Under the pieces are notes generated by a model. That model ran no database searches, had not been told where the DNA came from, and saw only the letters and a list, made by a program, of their open reading frames with translations. A stretch of 64,000 bases of DNA. Source: Syntrophales bacterium (GTDB lineage: Bacteria > Desulfobacterota > Syntrophia > Syntrophales > UBA2210). This document shows positions 30,038 through 39,927 of this stretch, one piece after another; the stretch's first letter is position 1; every line of letters begins with the position of its first letter. The position numbers and the translations under genes are program-made. The stretch lies in assembly GCA_963666365.2 (NCBI GenBank), contig CAXXNF010000002.1:1536001-1600000 (forward strand), given 5' to 3'.

Positions 30038-30631
30038 TTATACCTCCTCCTCACGTAAATATTTTGGGTTCTTCGTGTTAAATGCATTCATTGCCGCCTG
30101 AGTTCCCGATGAAATCACTTCCCGCACTGCGCGGGATGCCCTTTCGGCAATGAGGGGAACGGATTCCATCTCTTCCTTAGAAAAAGGGCTCAGCACATAG
30201 CTTTCAACCATCCCTTTCAGGTCCGGTCTGCCGATTCCCGTTCGAATCCGTATGAAATCGGATTTCCCGAGATGAACCGTTATCGACATGAGCCCTTTAT
30301 GCCCACCATCGCCACCCCCTTCTTTGACCCGAATATCTTTAAAGGGAATGTCCAGATCGTCATGGATCACGATGATATTGCCGCTCTCAATTTTAAAAAA
30401 ACGTGCCAGCTTCCCCACGGCGACACCGCTCAGATTCATATAGGTCCGCGGTGCTGCCAAAACAACGGTTTCACCGTTGATCTTCCCGGTTCCGTAGAGT
30501 GCGTCATGACCTCTCCTTGCCACTGGTATTGCCGTTTCCCCGGCCAAAGCCTGCAAGACAATAAACCCCATGTTGTGTCTTGTCAAGGCATACTTCGTTC
30601 CGGGATTTCCCAATCCGACGATGAGCCACAC
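30038..30631 (-). CDS. pth: Peptidyl-tRNA hydrolase
   Basis: LIVGLGNPG, TRHNMG, TYMNLSG, HDDLD, GGH. Confidence 0.95.
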   Translation of the reverse strand: MWLIVGLGNPGTKYALTRHNMGFIVLQALAGETAIPVARRGHDALYGTGKINGETVVLAAPRTYMNLSGVAVGKLARFFKIESGNIIVIHDDLDIPFKDIRVKEGGGDGGHKGLMSITVHLGKSDFIRIRTGIGRPDLKGMVESYVLSPFSKEEMESVPLIAERASRAVREVISSGTQAAMNAFNTKNPKYLREEEV

Positions 30632-30666
30632 GCGGTCCCCCGGGGAGCAGTTTTCTTCACACTGCC

Positions 30667-31338
30667 TTATGCTTCAGTTGCCGCTTCTTCGGCAGGCGTT
30701 TCGCCCTCAGCGCCTTCTGCGGTCTCGGCCTCGCCCTCGGCGTGCGCCTCTTCTTCATCGGACAGGGTCGTCCTTGTCTTCGCAATCGTTGCAAGGGCCA
30801 CATCTTCACCATCAACAACGGTCACATCGGCGCTCAAAACGATATCGGCAACCTTCACCGTGTCTCCCACGTTAAGACCGCTCACATCTATCTCTATTTT
30901 TTCGGGAAGCGCTCCCGGAAGACCGGATACCTTTACTTCACGTTTCAGGACCTGAAGTTCCCCACCACGTTCAGCACCGATGGGATTTCCTACAAGATTC
31001 ACCGTAATATCCACCGTGATTTCCCGGTCCATTTTTATTTCGTAAAAATCCACATGGATGAGACTTCGCTTGAGCGAATCAATCTGAAGATCTTTGATAA
31101 TGGAAAGTTTTTCCCCCACCTTGCCGTTATTGTCATCGATTTTCAGTTTTACGAAGGTGCCTTCCGGTCGTTCTCCGCCCAGCTGTTTTACAAGCTCCGC
31201 AGTATCGACGACCAGTTTTACTGGTTCTATGCCATACCCGTAAAACACTGCAGGAGTGTACCCCTCGGACCTGAACTTCCGGGCTGTCTCTTTCCCCGAT
31301 GTATCTCTTGTTTTCGCTGTTACCGTAATTGTGTGCAT
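30667..31338 (-). CDS. rplY: 50S ribosomal protein L25/Ctc
   Basis: PAVFYG, HVDFY, LPEKIEIDVSGL; follows prs. Confidence 0.93.
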   Translation of the reverse strand: MHTITVTAKTRDTSGKETARKFRSEGYTPAVFYGYGIEPVKLVVDTAELVKQLGGERPEGTFVKLKIDDNNGKVGEKLSIIKDLQIDSLKRSLIHVDFYEIKMDREITVDITVNLVGNPIGAERGGELQVLKREVKVSGLPGALPEKIEIDVSGLNVGDTVKVADIVLSADVTVVDGEDVALATIAKTRTTLSDEEEAHAEGEAETAEGAEGETPAEEAATEA

Positions 31339-31431
31339 AACTGTCTCCTTATCCCGCCTATCTTTTTATCCCGACAAACGGGATACGAATATTGACCATA
31401 TGTATAACCAGCCAAGACCATTGCTTCCCTT

Positions 31432-32373
31432 TTAAATAAATAAAGAGCTGACGGATTCATTGTAGTAAATTCTTTTTATTGCTTCGCTCAGGAGGCCTGA
31501 AGTCGAAAGCACTTTTATCCTTTTACAGGCCCTTGCCGCTTCGTGCAGGGCAATTGTGTCAGTGACCACGATCTCCTTTATATCGGATGATTCTATCCGC
31601 TCGATAGCCGGCCCCGACAGCACGGGATGGCTGCAGCAGGCAAGAACCTCCAGCGCTCCGTCACTGAGCAGTGCCTGCGCCGCCTGCACTATGGTGCCTG
31701 CCGTATCGATCATGTCGTCAAGAATAATGGCCTTCTTGCCCTTTACGTCACCTATTATATTCATAACCTCCGACTCATTGGGCGCATCTCTTCTCTTATC
31801 TACAATTGCCAGCGTGGCATCGAATTTCTTTGCGAAGGCTCGTGCACGGACCACCCCCCCCGTATCCGGAGACACAATGACCGGGTTGTCATTGTAATTT
31901 TTCTTCAGATACTCAAGAAGGATGGTTTGGGCGTAGAGATTGTCGACGGGAATATTGAAAAACCCCTGAATCTGACCGGCATGAAGATCAACGGCAACCA
32001 CACGGTTCGTACCGGCGGTCGTGAGGAGATCCGCTGCCAGCTTCGCTGTAATCGGCGCCCGCGGCGCCGCCTTCCGATCCTGCCGCGCGTACCCGTAATA
32101 GGGCATGACCGCTGTTACCCTGTCGGCGGAGGCTCTTTTCATGGCGTCGATCATGACGAGAAGTTCCATGAGATTTACATTGACGGGGTTTGAGGTTGAC
32201 TGAACGATAAACACATCCATCCCTCGCACATTTTCATTGATCTCTACGCGAGTCTCCCCGTCGCTGAAGGTCGATACATTCGCCTTGCCCAGTCCGACTC
32301 CTAGCTTTGCACAAATCTTCCTGGCCAGTTCTAGACTGGAATTACCTGAAAATATTCTCATCCTTTCGAGCAT
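31432..32373 (-). CDS. prs: Ribose-phosphate pyrophosphokinase
   Basis: [36 protein letters not shown]. Confidence 0.97.
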   Translation of the reverse strand: MLERMRIFSGNSSLELARKICAKLGVGLGKANVSTFSDGETRVEINENVRGMDVFIVQSTSNPVNVNLMELLVMIDAMKRASADRVTAVMPYYGYARQDRKAAPRAPITAKLAADLLTTAGTNRVVAVDLHAGQIQGFFNIPVDNLYAQTILLEYLKKNYNDNPVIVSPDTGGVVRARAFAKKFDATLAIVDKRRDAPNESEVMNIIGDVKGKKAIILDDMIDTAGTIVQAAQALLSDGALEVLACCSHPVLSGPAIERIESSDIKEIVVTDTIALHEAARACKRIKVLSTSGLLSEAIKRIYYNESVSSLFI

Positions 32374-32395
32374 TAGAGTAATCGCCTTCCAAGTC

Positions 32396-32470
32396 TGGCT
32401 GGGGCGGGAGGATTCGAACCTCCGAATGCAGGAACCAAAATCCTGTGTCTTACCGCTTGACGACGCCCCA
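32396..32470 (-). tRNA. tRNA-Gln (anticodon TTG), CCA encoded
   Basis: TGGGGCG...CAGGA-TTTTGGT-TCCTG...GTTCGAATCC...CGCCCCAGCCA cloverleaf; typical ispE-tRNA-Gln-prs position. Confidence 0.96.
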
Positions 32471-32549
32471 TTATTCTTTATCTTCTCCGGCAGAGCCCTT
32501 TTTATCTCCTGTTGCCGTCATACAGGGCAAGAACCCGTCCTTAGACACA

Positions 32550-33395
32550 TTACAATGCATGAACGCTGCATGAAAAAGGGAACCCCTCTTCCCTCATTTC
32601 ATTTTCGGCTTTTTCAGCATCCTCACTATTCGCATAGATACCGAATACGGTCGGACCGCTTCCCGACATCAAGACGCCGAGCGCACCCCCGGCCCGCAGA
32701 CGACCCTTTATTTTCCGGATAACAGGACAGATCCTCTCCGATACCTCTTCAAGATCATTCTGCATCCCTTTCACAACCTGGGGTACTGTTTGAAGTCGCG
32801 GGATGTTATATTGGATTGGCTGGTTTGTCAATCCATATTTTAATTCTTCATAGACTCGGCGGGTTGACAGTTCGACTCCCGGATTGACGAGGACGAAGAA
32901 GAGTCGTGGGATGCCCTCCGCTTTCCGAAGACGCTCTCCCACCCCGAAGGCCCAGGCGGTCTCCTTGAAAATAAAAAAGGGGACGTCAGCCCCCAGTTTC
33001 ACTCCCATCTCTATCAGTTTTTCCCGGGAAACGCAGGCTTCCGTCATTTCATTCAAGGCAAGAAGGGTTGTCGCCGCATTTGAACTTCCTCCGCCAAGTC
33101 CTGCAGCAAGGGGAATATTTTTTTGTAGATTGATCTCAACCCCTTCCGGCCATCCGACATAGTCAAAAAACATTCGGGCGGCCCGAACTACAATATTCCC
33201 CTCATCCGTCGGAAGAGTTTTTTCAGAACAATGGAGTGTGATTCCCCGGTTTCGGGGAATAAATGTCATTTCATCACAAAGACTTATCCTCTCCATGAGG
33301 GTCGCCAGTTCATGATACCCGTCTTCCCGCTTCCCGAGAACTTTCAGGATGAGATTGACCTTCGCAGGAGACTGTCTGGAGATGACGCAGTTCAC
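32550..33395 (-). CDS. ispE: 4-diphosphocytidyl-2-C-methyl-D-erythritol kinase
   Basis: PAKVNL, DGYHEL, IPLAAGLGGGSSNAA, GADVPFF, MSGSGPTVF. Confidence 0.96.
   Translation of the reverse strand: MNCVISRQSPAKVNLILKVLGKREDGYHELATLMERISLCDEMTFIPRNRGITLHCSEKTLPTDEGNIVVRAARMFFDYVGWPEGVEINLQKNIPLAAGLGGGSSNAATTLLALNEMTEACVSREKLIEMGVKLGADVPFFIFKETAWAFGVGERLRKAEGIPRLFFVLVNPGVELSTRRVYEELKYGLTNQPIQYNIPRLQTVPQVVKGMQNDLEEVSERICPVIRKIKGRLRAGGALGVLMSGSGPTVFGIYANSEDAEKAENEMREEGFPFSCSVHAL
32803..32831 (-). promoter_or_regulatory. Promoter inside ispE pointing to tRNA-Gln-prs
   Basis: TTGACA-N17-TAACAT. Confidence 0.55.
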
Positions 33396-33823
33396 TTCTC
33401 TTTCACATACCTCATACGCAACTCATAAAGAAGACCTTCAATAAGCTGTGCCTCGTTATCATCAAGATTTCCTCTGGTTTTATCTTTCAATAGCGCAAGG
33501 ATATCAATCATCTGCTTCGCCGCGGGAAGATTCTTTTCCTGCGTGCCCGTGGCCGGATCGGTCATATCGCCTAAATGAACGGCCGCCGATGTATAGAGCG
33601 AGATAATAAACCCTGCAAAATCAACCTCGGGCACCTGGGTGGATTGAGCTTTTGCCGGACCGGCGTCCGATTCCTCTTGTGGAGAGCTCTGAGACGTTTC
33701 CTTTTTTTCCGAGGGCCTGTCCCTTTCCTCCACGGCAGGCTCTTCCCCTTTGCCCTCCCCTTCTTCGCTGAAGATTCTTCGATCCTTTATTACAAATCCC
33801 TTGTCCTCTTTTTCCTCTGCCAT
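33392..33823 (-). CDS. DUF1844-domain protein
   Basis: GFVIKDRR, F..FIISL, AKQMIDIL.LL.DKTRGNL, LYELRMRYV. Confidence 0.85.
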   Translation of the reverse strand: MAEEKEDKGFVIKDRRIFSEEGEGKGEEPAVEERDRPSEKKETSQSSPQEESDAGPAKAQSTQVPEVDFAGFIISLYTSAAVHLGDMTDPATGTQEKNLPAAKQMIDILALLKDKTRGNLDDNEAQLIEGLLYELRMRYVKEK

Positions 33824-33961
33824 GTCCCCCTCCGCATTGTAGGTATCATAGATTTATTTTTTGGCGGCCGCCGTCAAAGCATCGTGCCTTGTTTACCCTG
33901 TAAAACGTTTTTGTTTACTAGCACAAAGGACCTCAAATGTCCAAAAATCGATTAACACCGG

Positions 33962-34207
33962 TTGTATTTTTTGAAGCCGCTCTATCCGCTTTTCCATGGG
34001 AGGATGGGTGCTGAAAAGATTCATCATGGACTTAGCAGACAGAGGATTGACACTACACATATGTGCCGTCGAGGGCTTCGCCTCCCTCCTCGTCATCGCT
34101 CCCGCCGGCGCCGATAATCGCCGTCCACTGAGCCATATTTGCACGCATCATTACCGCGCCGGCTATGGTCGCCGCAATGGAACTCACCAGAGTATCTTTG
34201 TTTTTAA
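33962..34207 (-). pseudogene. htpX: Remnant of zinc protease HtpX
   Basis: [39 protein letters not shown] in one frame, [12 protein letters not shown]...[16 protein letters not shown] in another; N-terminus and HExxH absent. Confidence 0.8.
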
Positions 34208-34266
34208 AGAAAGGCATCACAGGTTATGGGTTGTACCTGTCGCCCGCGGCCTATCGGCTATCCCTT

Positions 34267-36852
34267 CTACTTCTTTTTAAAGGTCATCTTCCCCTCTTCC
34301 ACGTCGACACGCACTTTGTCGCCTTCAGTAAAATCCCCTTCCAGGATCTTTGTCGCAAGGGTGTCTTCCACCAGCTTCTGCAGCGCCCTTTTGAGCGGCC
34401 GCGCACCATAGAGAGGATCGAAGCCCGCTTCGGCAATATACCGTTTCGCGCCCTCCGTCAGCTCCAGATCCATCTGCCGTGCCTGGAGACGTTTCTGAAT
34501 CTGGGCGATCTGAATATCGACAATATTGCCGATGTCATCCAGCGTCAAGGCCCTGAAGGTGATGATGTCGTCAATCCTGTTCAAAAACTCAGGCTTGAAG
34601 GTCGCCCTCAAGGCATCCATCGTCAGACGCTGCTGCTCGTCACGGCTGAGACTTGCGTCCTGCATCCATTGACCGCCGATATTGGACGTCATGATATTGA
34701 TCGTGTTCTTGAAATCGACCGTCCTTCCATGACCGTCGGTGAGTCGTCCGTCATCCAGGATCTGGAGCAGTATGTTAAACACATCGGGGTGCGCCTTTTC
34801 GATCTCGTCAAAGAGGAGCACCGAATAGGGACGCCTGCGCACCGCTTCGGTAAGGTATCCCCCTTCATCATATCCCACATATCCCGGAGGCGCGCCGATC
34901 AGCCGGGCCACGGAGTGTTTCTCCATGAATTCGGACATGTCGATTCTGATCATGGCCTGCTCGTCGTCAAACATAAACTCTGCAAGGGCCTTGCTGAGTT
35001 CGGTTTTTCCCACACCGGTGGGGCCCATAAAGATAAACGATCCGATGGGCCGATTCGGGTCCTGCAACCCGGAGCGGGCTCTCCTCAGGGCGTTCGATAC
35101 CACACCGATGGCCTCATCCTGTCCTACCACCCGCAACGTGAGGCGTTCTTCCATATGGAGCAGTTTCTGCACATCACTCTCCATCATTCTCGCCACCGGG
35201 ACACCGGTCCAGTTCGCCACCACCTCGGCCACATCCTCGGCATCCACCTCTTCCTTCAGCGTCTGCGCGTCCTTCTGAAGCTCGGCCAGTTTCGCCAGTT
35301 TGGTTTCAAGGTCCCTGCCAAGCTGCACCAGGGTTCCATAGCGAATCTCCGCCGCTCTGGCCAGATTTCCTTCACGCTGTGCGGCCTGTTCCGCCGTCTT
35401 CAGCTCTTCTATCTTTTCCTTGATTGTCTGAATTCCCTTTATGGCATCCTTTTCCCTGGACCAGTGCAGTTTCATCCCGTCGCGGGATTCCTTAAGACCG
35501 GCCAGCTCCTTTTCTATCTTTGCAAGCCTCCCCTTTGAAGTCTTGTCCGATTCCTTCTTGAGAGATTCGGCCTCTATCTGAAGCTGCAGAATCTTTCGCT
35601 CAATCACATCGATTTCCGCGGGCATGCTGTCCAGTTCGATACGAAGGCGCGATGCCGACTCATCGATTAGATCAACGGCCTTATCGGGAAGGAAGCGGTC
35701 GCTTATGTAGCGGTCCGAAAGGGTTGCCGCGGCAATTATTGCAGGATCCTTGATTCTGACGCCATGGTGCACTTCGTAGCGCTCCTTGAGCCCTCTCAAT
35801 ATGGCGATGGTATCCTCCACGCTCGGCTCCTGCACCAAAATGGGTTGAAAACGACGCTCCAGAGCGGCATCTTTTTCTATGTATTTCCTGTACTCGTTCA
35901 GTGTGGTGGCGCCCACACAGCGAAGCTCGCCTCTCGCCAGCGCCGGTTTGAGCATATTGGACGCATCGACGGCGCCTTCCGCCGCACCGGCGCCCACCAT
36001 TGTATGCAGCTCATCAATAAAGAGAATAATTTCACCGCCTGCGTCCGTCACTTCTTTCAGAACGGCTTTGAGACGGTCTTCAAACTCTCCCCGGTATTTC
36101 GCGCCTGCGATGAGCGCACCCATATCGAGACCGAGAACCTTTTTATTTTTCAGGCTGTCGGGCACGTCGCCGTTCACGATCCTCTGGGCGAGACCTTCGA
36201 CGATGGCGGTTTTCCCCACGCCGGGATCTCCTATCAGAACGGGATTATTTTTTGTCCGCCGGGAGAGCACCTGCATAATGCGCCTGATCTCGCTGTCCCT
36301 GCCAATGACGGGATCAAATCCTCCTTTGCGCGCAACCTCATTGAAATCGCGGGCAAACCGCTTCAACGCCTGATATTTGTCTTCCGGATTCGGATCAGTG
36401 ATCCGCTGGCCGCCTCTGATCTCGACAAGAATCTTCAGCAAGGCGTCTTTGGTCACCCCATGACTCAAAAGTATCCCGGCAGCATCTCCTCCCTTTGTAT
36501 CGACAATCGCAATCAGCACATGTTCGACGCTGACATACTCGTCCTTGAGGCGGGCCGCTTCGACGAGGGCCTTGTCAACTACCTCCTTCAGCCGCGGCGT
36601 CATATATACCTGTCCCGCACCTGCGCCGGACACGGAGGGCATCTTCTCCAGCACCTTCACCAGCTCCCTGTCTATGATCGCCGGTTCCACGCCGATCTTT
36701 TTCAGGATCTCAGGCACGATTCCCTCCGGCTGCTGTGTCAGCGCCAGCAGAATGTGCTCCGCATCGATGCCCTGGTGGCCGTAAGCGGCGCCCAGTTTTT
36801 CCGCTTCCTGAAAGGCTTCTTGAAGTTTCAGCGTAAATTTATCAAATCTCAT
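34267..36852 (-). CDS. clpB: ATP-dependent chaperone ClpB
   Basis: Two AAA modules ([16 protein letters not shown]), long middle coiled coil, GARPLKR. Confidence 0.97.
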   Translation of the reverse strand: MRFDKFTLKLQEAFQEAEKLGAAYGHQGIDAEHILLALTQQPEGIVPEILKKIGVEPAIIDRELVKVLEKMPSVSGAGAGQVYMTPRLKEVVDKALVEAARLKDEYVSVEHVLIAIVDTKGGDAAGILLSHGVTKDALLKILVEIRGGQRITDPNPEDKYQALKRFARDFNEVARKGGFDPVIGRDSEIRRIMQVLSRRTKNNPVLIGDPGVGKTAIVEGLAQRIVNGDVPDSLKNKKVLGLDMGALIAGAKYRGEFEDRLKAVLKEVTDAGGEIILFIDELHTMVGAGAAEGAVDASNMLKPALARGELRCVGATTLNEYRKYIEKDAALERRFQPILVQEPSVEDTIAILRGLKERYEVHHGVRIKDPAIIAAATLSDRYISDRFLPDKAVDLIDESASRLRIELDSMPAEIDVIERKILQLQIEAESLKKESDKTSKGRLAKIEKELAGLKESRDGMKLHWSREKDAIKGIQTIKEKIEELKTAEQAAQREGNLARAAEIRYGTLVQLGRDLETKLAKLAELQKDAQTLKEEVDAEDVAEVVANWTGVPVARMMESDVQKLLHMEERLTLRVVGQDEAIGVVSNALRRARSGLQDPNRPIGSFIFMGPTGVGKTELSKALAEFMFDDEQAMIRIDMSEFMEKHSVARLIGAPPGYVGYDEGGYLTEAVRRRPYSVLLFDEIEKAHPDVFNILLQILDDGRLTDGHGRTVDFKNTINIMTSNIGGQWMQDASLSRDEQQRLTMDALRATFKPEFLNRIDDIITFRALTLDDIGNIVDIQIAQIQKRLQARQMDLELTEGAKRYIAEAGFDPLYGARPLKRALQKLVEDTLATKILEGDFTEGDKVRVDVEEGKMTFKKK

Positions 36853-36864
36853 AACTCCTCCCTG

Positions 36865-37743
36865 TTATCCGAGGGCTTTTTCAATATCGACGAATATCTT
36901 TCCTTTTCGAAAAACTCTTACGGTTCCCGTGGATTCGGAAACGACCACGGCGATGGCATTGGTCACATTTGTAATGCCGGCGGCAACAATGTGCCGGCTC
37001 CCAAGTCCCTTGGGAAATTCCTTGCCGCTTTCCAGGGCAACATTCAGATGCCTGCCTGCGGTAATGAGCACGCCGTTTTCTTTTATCACGAAGGCGCCGT
37101 CCAACGCCGAAAACTCCTTGATCGTTTCCTTCAGGTCGCGATCCATGATATTCCGTTCGTCTTCACTGTACCCCATGAAGGGGTTGATGATCATCTGTCT
37201 GGATAATTCCATCACCTTTTCATGATCGCCGATCACAAAAATCGTACCCACCGGCCGTCCTTCCCTCCCCTGTGCGGCCAGTTCGAGGGCCACATTCAGA
37301 ACAGCCTCAAAGACCTCCGGCTGAATCCCCTCAAAAATACTTGAGATGTCCTCGGACGCCAATATTTCAAATTCGCTGTCCACATCGACTACAAAGATAT
37401 TCTCTATATAGTCGAGCTTGGGCGAGCCGGTAAGGCAGACCATTTTATCCTCCGGTCCGAACATGCCCGCCGCCAATCCCTTGATAATGGCGATCTTCAT
37501 TTGACTGACAGGGGTCACGTTCACATTCGGAATCGCGATCATCTTCCCGAAATCCCCCTCGGGGGCTTCATCTTCCCGTTGCCTTTTCCAGACTAGGACA
37601 ATCCGGGAACGCACCTCCTCATCTTCCAGTGTCAACTGTTCCTGGACAACATCGCTGCTGATCAGTATTGCCTTTGCATTCAACGCCTTTGCAAAGGTGA
37701 CCGCAAAATTCATTACCACCGTATTGACGGAGTTCATGGGCAT
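36865..37743 (-). CDS. Diadenylate cyclase, DacZ/CdaZ-like (DisA_N domain with N-terminal extra domain)
   Basis: GREGRPVGT, FSALDGAF (DGA), GLGSRH..AAGIT, VSESTG; no TM. Confidence 0.85.
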   Translation of the reverse strand: MPMNSVNTVVMNFAVTFAKALNAKAILISSDVVQEQLTLEDEEVRSRIVLVWKRQREDEAPEGDFGKMIAIPNVNVTPVSQMKIAIIKGLAAGMFGPEDKMVCLTGSPKLDYIENIFVVDVDSEFEILASEDISSIFEGIQPEVFEAVLNVALELAAQGREGRPVGTIFVIGDHEKVMELSRQMIINPFMGYSEDERNIMDRDLKETIKEFSALDGAFVIKENGVLITAGRHLNVALESGKEFPKGLGSRHIVAAGITNVTNAIAVVVSESTGTVRVFRKGKIFVDIEKALG

Positions 37744-37790
37744 CCCCTCGGATATGTCTATTGTATCGTCATTTCAAATTCTTCGCCCCT

Positions 37791-37819
37791 AATGTAAGCA
37801 CCTGTCAGCGCTCTGTCAA
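37791..37819 (-). promoter_or_regulatory. sigma70-type promoter for dacZ-clpB
   Basis: TTGACA-N17-TACATT. Confidence 0.6.
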
Positions 37820-38041
37820 GATGCGCGGCCTATCGGTAAATCCCGATGTGGTAAGAGCATAGGCCTCCGGATGAAGGGATTTTTATGAAAAAAAATGGCG
37901 GGGAGGAAAAAGAGAGGGACGCGCCGGAACCTCTGAAACACCTTTTATATCGCCGTGCAAAAACCCTGCGCAACGGCACGGCCCTCTCAGGTATGGTCAC
38001 CCCCATGCTGAATAGACAGGACAGGGAGGGTATGTTTGTTT

Positions 38042-38078
38042 TCCCGGGTTTGCCCATCCTTCGACGGCAAACCCGGGA
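38042..38078. terminator. 13-bp hairpin after the binding-protein gene (terminator or stabiliser)
   Basis: TCCCGGGTTTGCC...GGCAAACCCGGGA; no U-tract on the minus strand. Confidence 0.55.
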
Positions 38079-38086
38079 CAAAGAAA

Positions 38087-39430
38087 CTATTTCTTACATC
38101 TGTCCAGGTCCTCGGGAATCGGGGGCATGCAATACATGGCATCGATACGTATCGCCTTTCCATAGCTTGCGCCCTTTTCATCCCACTTGTTGGGAAACTC
38201 GAACTGCGTCACGAACATATCCCTGATTGCCTGGTGGTCGCAGGCCCGCATCTTCAGCTTGCCTACCAGACCGATATATTCGTCGCCTTCCCAGGTAGCG
38301 ATGATTTTTTCAGGGTCCGTGGTGCCGGCCCGTTCGATCACGTCGAACATCCAGTAGGTCGCATCGACACAACGCCCGAAGATGGTCACGGGCCATATCC
38401 ACTGGCTGTCGTCATAAGGCGGCGTCCAGTTGTCGGACGATTTGTGCCACACCTCTACAAAGGCTTTGTTCTGAGGGGTTTCCACGCTTACCATATAATC
38501 ATTGCCGTTGATCATGATCTCACCGGCGGGACCACCGATCGAATCCAGGGCGGGACGGTTATCTATATAGATGTTTGCAATGGGAAGTTTCATCCCCATT
38601 CCCACGGCCTGTTTCAACATTGTCGGTCCGTCCGGCGTCCAGTCGCCGGAGAAGATCACCTCGGCCCCTGCACCCTGCACCTTGGTCAGGTAGGGAGCAA
38701 AATCTTTCAGGAACAGGGGATGATAGGCTTCGCCGACGATGACGGCATCGGGCTTATGCTTCTTCAAGCCTCTTTTGAATCCTTCCGCCATGTCGTGTCC
38801 ATAGGAGTAATCCTGATTGAGGATATAGAATTTCTTCTCCGGACGCCGCGCAAAATAGTAGGCCATGCCTTCGCCGAACACATGCGTGTTCAGACAGGTC
38901 CGGAACGTATAGCGGTTGAAGTTTTTACCGTCCATAAGCGCTGGCGAAAGGGACATGGGATTGTGATAAATGGTCTTGTATTTTTCCGCCACTTTCTGGA
39001 TGACGAGACAGATATGGCTCCCTGCAGCGCCCCAAAGCACATTCACCTTGTCTTCAAGACAAAGTTTCTCAGCCTCTTTCTTGGTTGCGGAGGGTTTCGC
39101 CTGGGTATCACCCTTGATTACTTCGATCATCTTTTTTTTGCCGTCCACCATGATACCGCCCCGCTTATTCAATTCATAGGCGTTCCATGTCGTTGTCAAC
39201 CAGTAGTAGCGACCATTCGCGGCTGCAGGCCCCGAAAAGGCCTCCATAAGACCGATTTTGAACGTATCGCCCTTGGGGAATGTAACCGTTGCCGGATCAT
39301 ATCCGCTCATATCCGCTATTTTTGAGGGATCGAATGCGGGAATCGCCGATGATGACCCTGGAAGCACTGCCCCCCACAGAAGAAACAGCCCCAGACAAAC
39401 AACCAGTGCCACGCCTTTCAAATTCTTCAT
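38087..39430 (-). CDS. ABC substrate-binding protein, LivJ/HAAT-like family
   Basis: Signal peptide, KIGLMEAFSGPAA, QDYSYGH, DFAPYLTK, MRACDHQA. Confidence 0.88.
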   Translation of the reverse strand: MKNLKGVALVVCLGLFLLWGAVLPGSSSAIPAFDPSKIADMSGYDPATVTFPKGDTFKIGLMEAFSGPAAANGRYYWLTTTWNAYELNKRGGIMVDGKKKMIEVIKGDTQAKPSATKKEAEKLCLEDKVNVLWGAAGSHICLVIQKVAEKYKTIYHNPMSLSPALMDGKNFNRYTFRTCLNTHVFGEGMAYYFARRPEKKFYILNQDYSYGHDMAEGFKRGLKKHKPDAVIVGEAYHPLFLKDFAPYLTKVQGAGAEVIFSGDWTPDGPTMLKQAVGMGMKLPIANIYIDNRPALDSIGGPAGEIMINGNDYMVSVETPQNKAFVEVWHKSSDNWTPPYDDSQWIWPVTIFGRCVDATYWMFDVIERAGTTDPEKIIATWEGDEYIGLVGKLKMRACDHQAIRDMFVTQFEFPNKWDEKGASYGKAIRIDAMYCMPPIPEDLDRCKK

Positions 39431-39874
39431 AGATACCACTCCTTTCTCCGTAAATGACCGATACCTTCGTTCAGCAGCATGACTTGCCACCTCACACTTC
39501 ATGCGTCGCATACCGTTCGCACTGTACCCTCTTCTTTTTTAACTGCTCCTTTGGAAAAGATCGCGAATGCCACGACAGGCCCTTTTTTATCCCACGGATC
39601 CTCCAAAACCTTAGAACCGATGGTTTATTGTATGAGATATATCACCTTTTGGCACATATACACAAGTCGCAGGAAAAGAAAATATCGGTTTTATACCTGT
39701 TTTTTATCTAGATCGGCTAGATAGATGGAATTACACAGAGAGGAGAAAGAGGGGATCGCGTCCGACAACACTAGGGTATCGCATGAGTAACCGACTTAAA
39801 TCAAAGAAGATAACGCAACCCCCTCGGATATGTAAGATATAGAGCTGTTGTTCGCCCCCGGATGGGGCGATTTA

Positions 39875-39922
39875 TTCGTTACCCCGGTTCCGCCGATGAA
39901 AGGCGGTCACCGGGGTAACGAA
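39875..39922. terminator. Long hairpin between the two binding-protein genes
   Basis: TTCGTTACCCCGG...CCGGGGTAACGAA with inner CCGCC/GGCGG. Confidence 0.55.
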
Positions 39923-39927
39923 GATCC

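Noticed and set aside
31351..31387. TATCCCG repeat/hairpin before rplY as an L25 autoregulatory leader
   Set aside because: Only a 7-bp stem; no comparative evidence available
34165..37206. Long + strand ORFs (457 and 480 aa)
   Set aside because: Antisense shadows of clpB and the DAC gene; no recognisable motifs
38036..39325. 429-aa + strand ORF (likewise 13005-13895, 48476-49525, 57039-58004, 60904-61992)
   Set aside because: Antisense to well-supported genes
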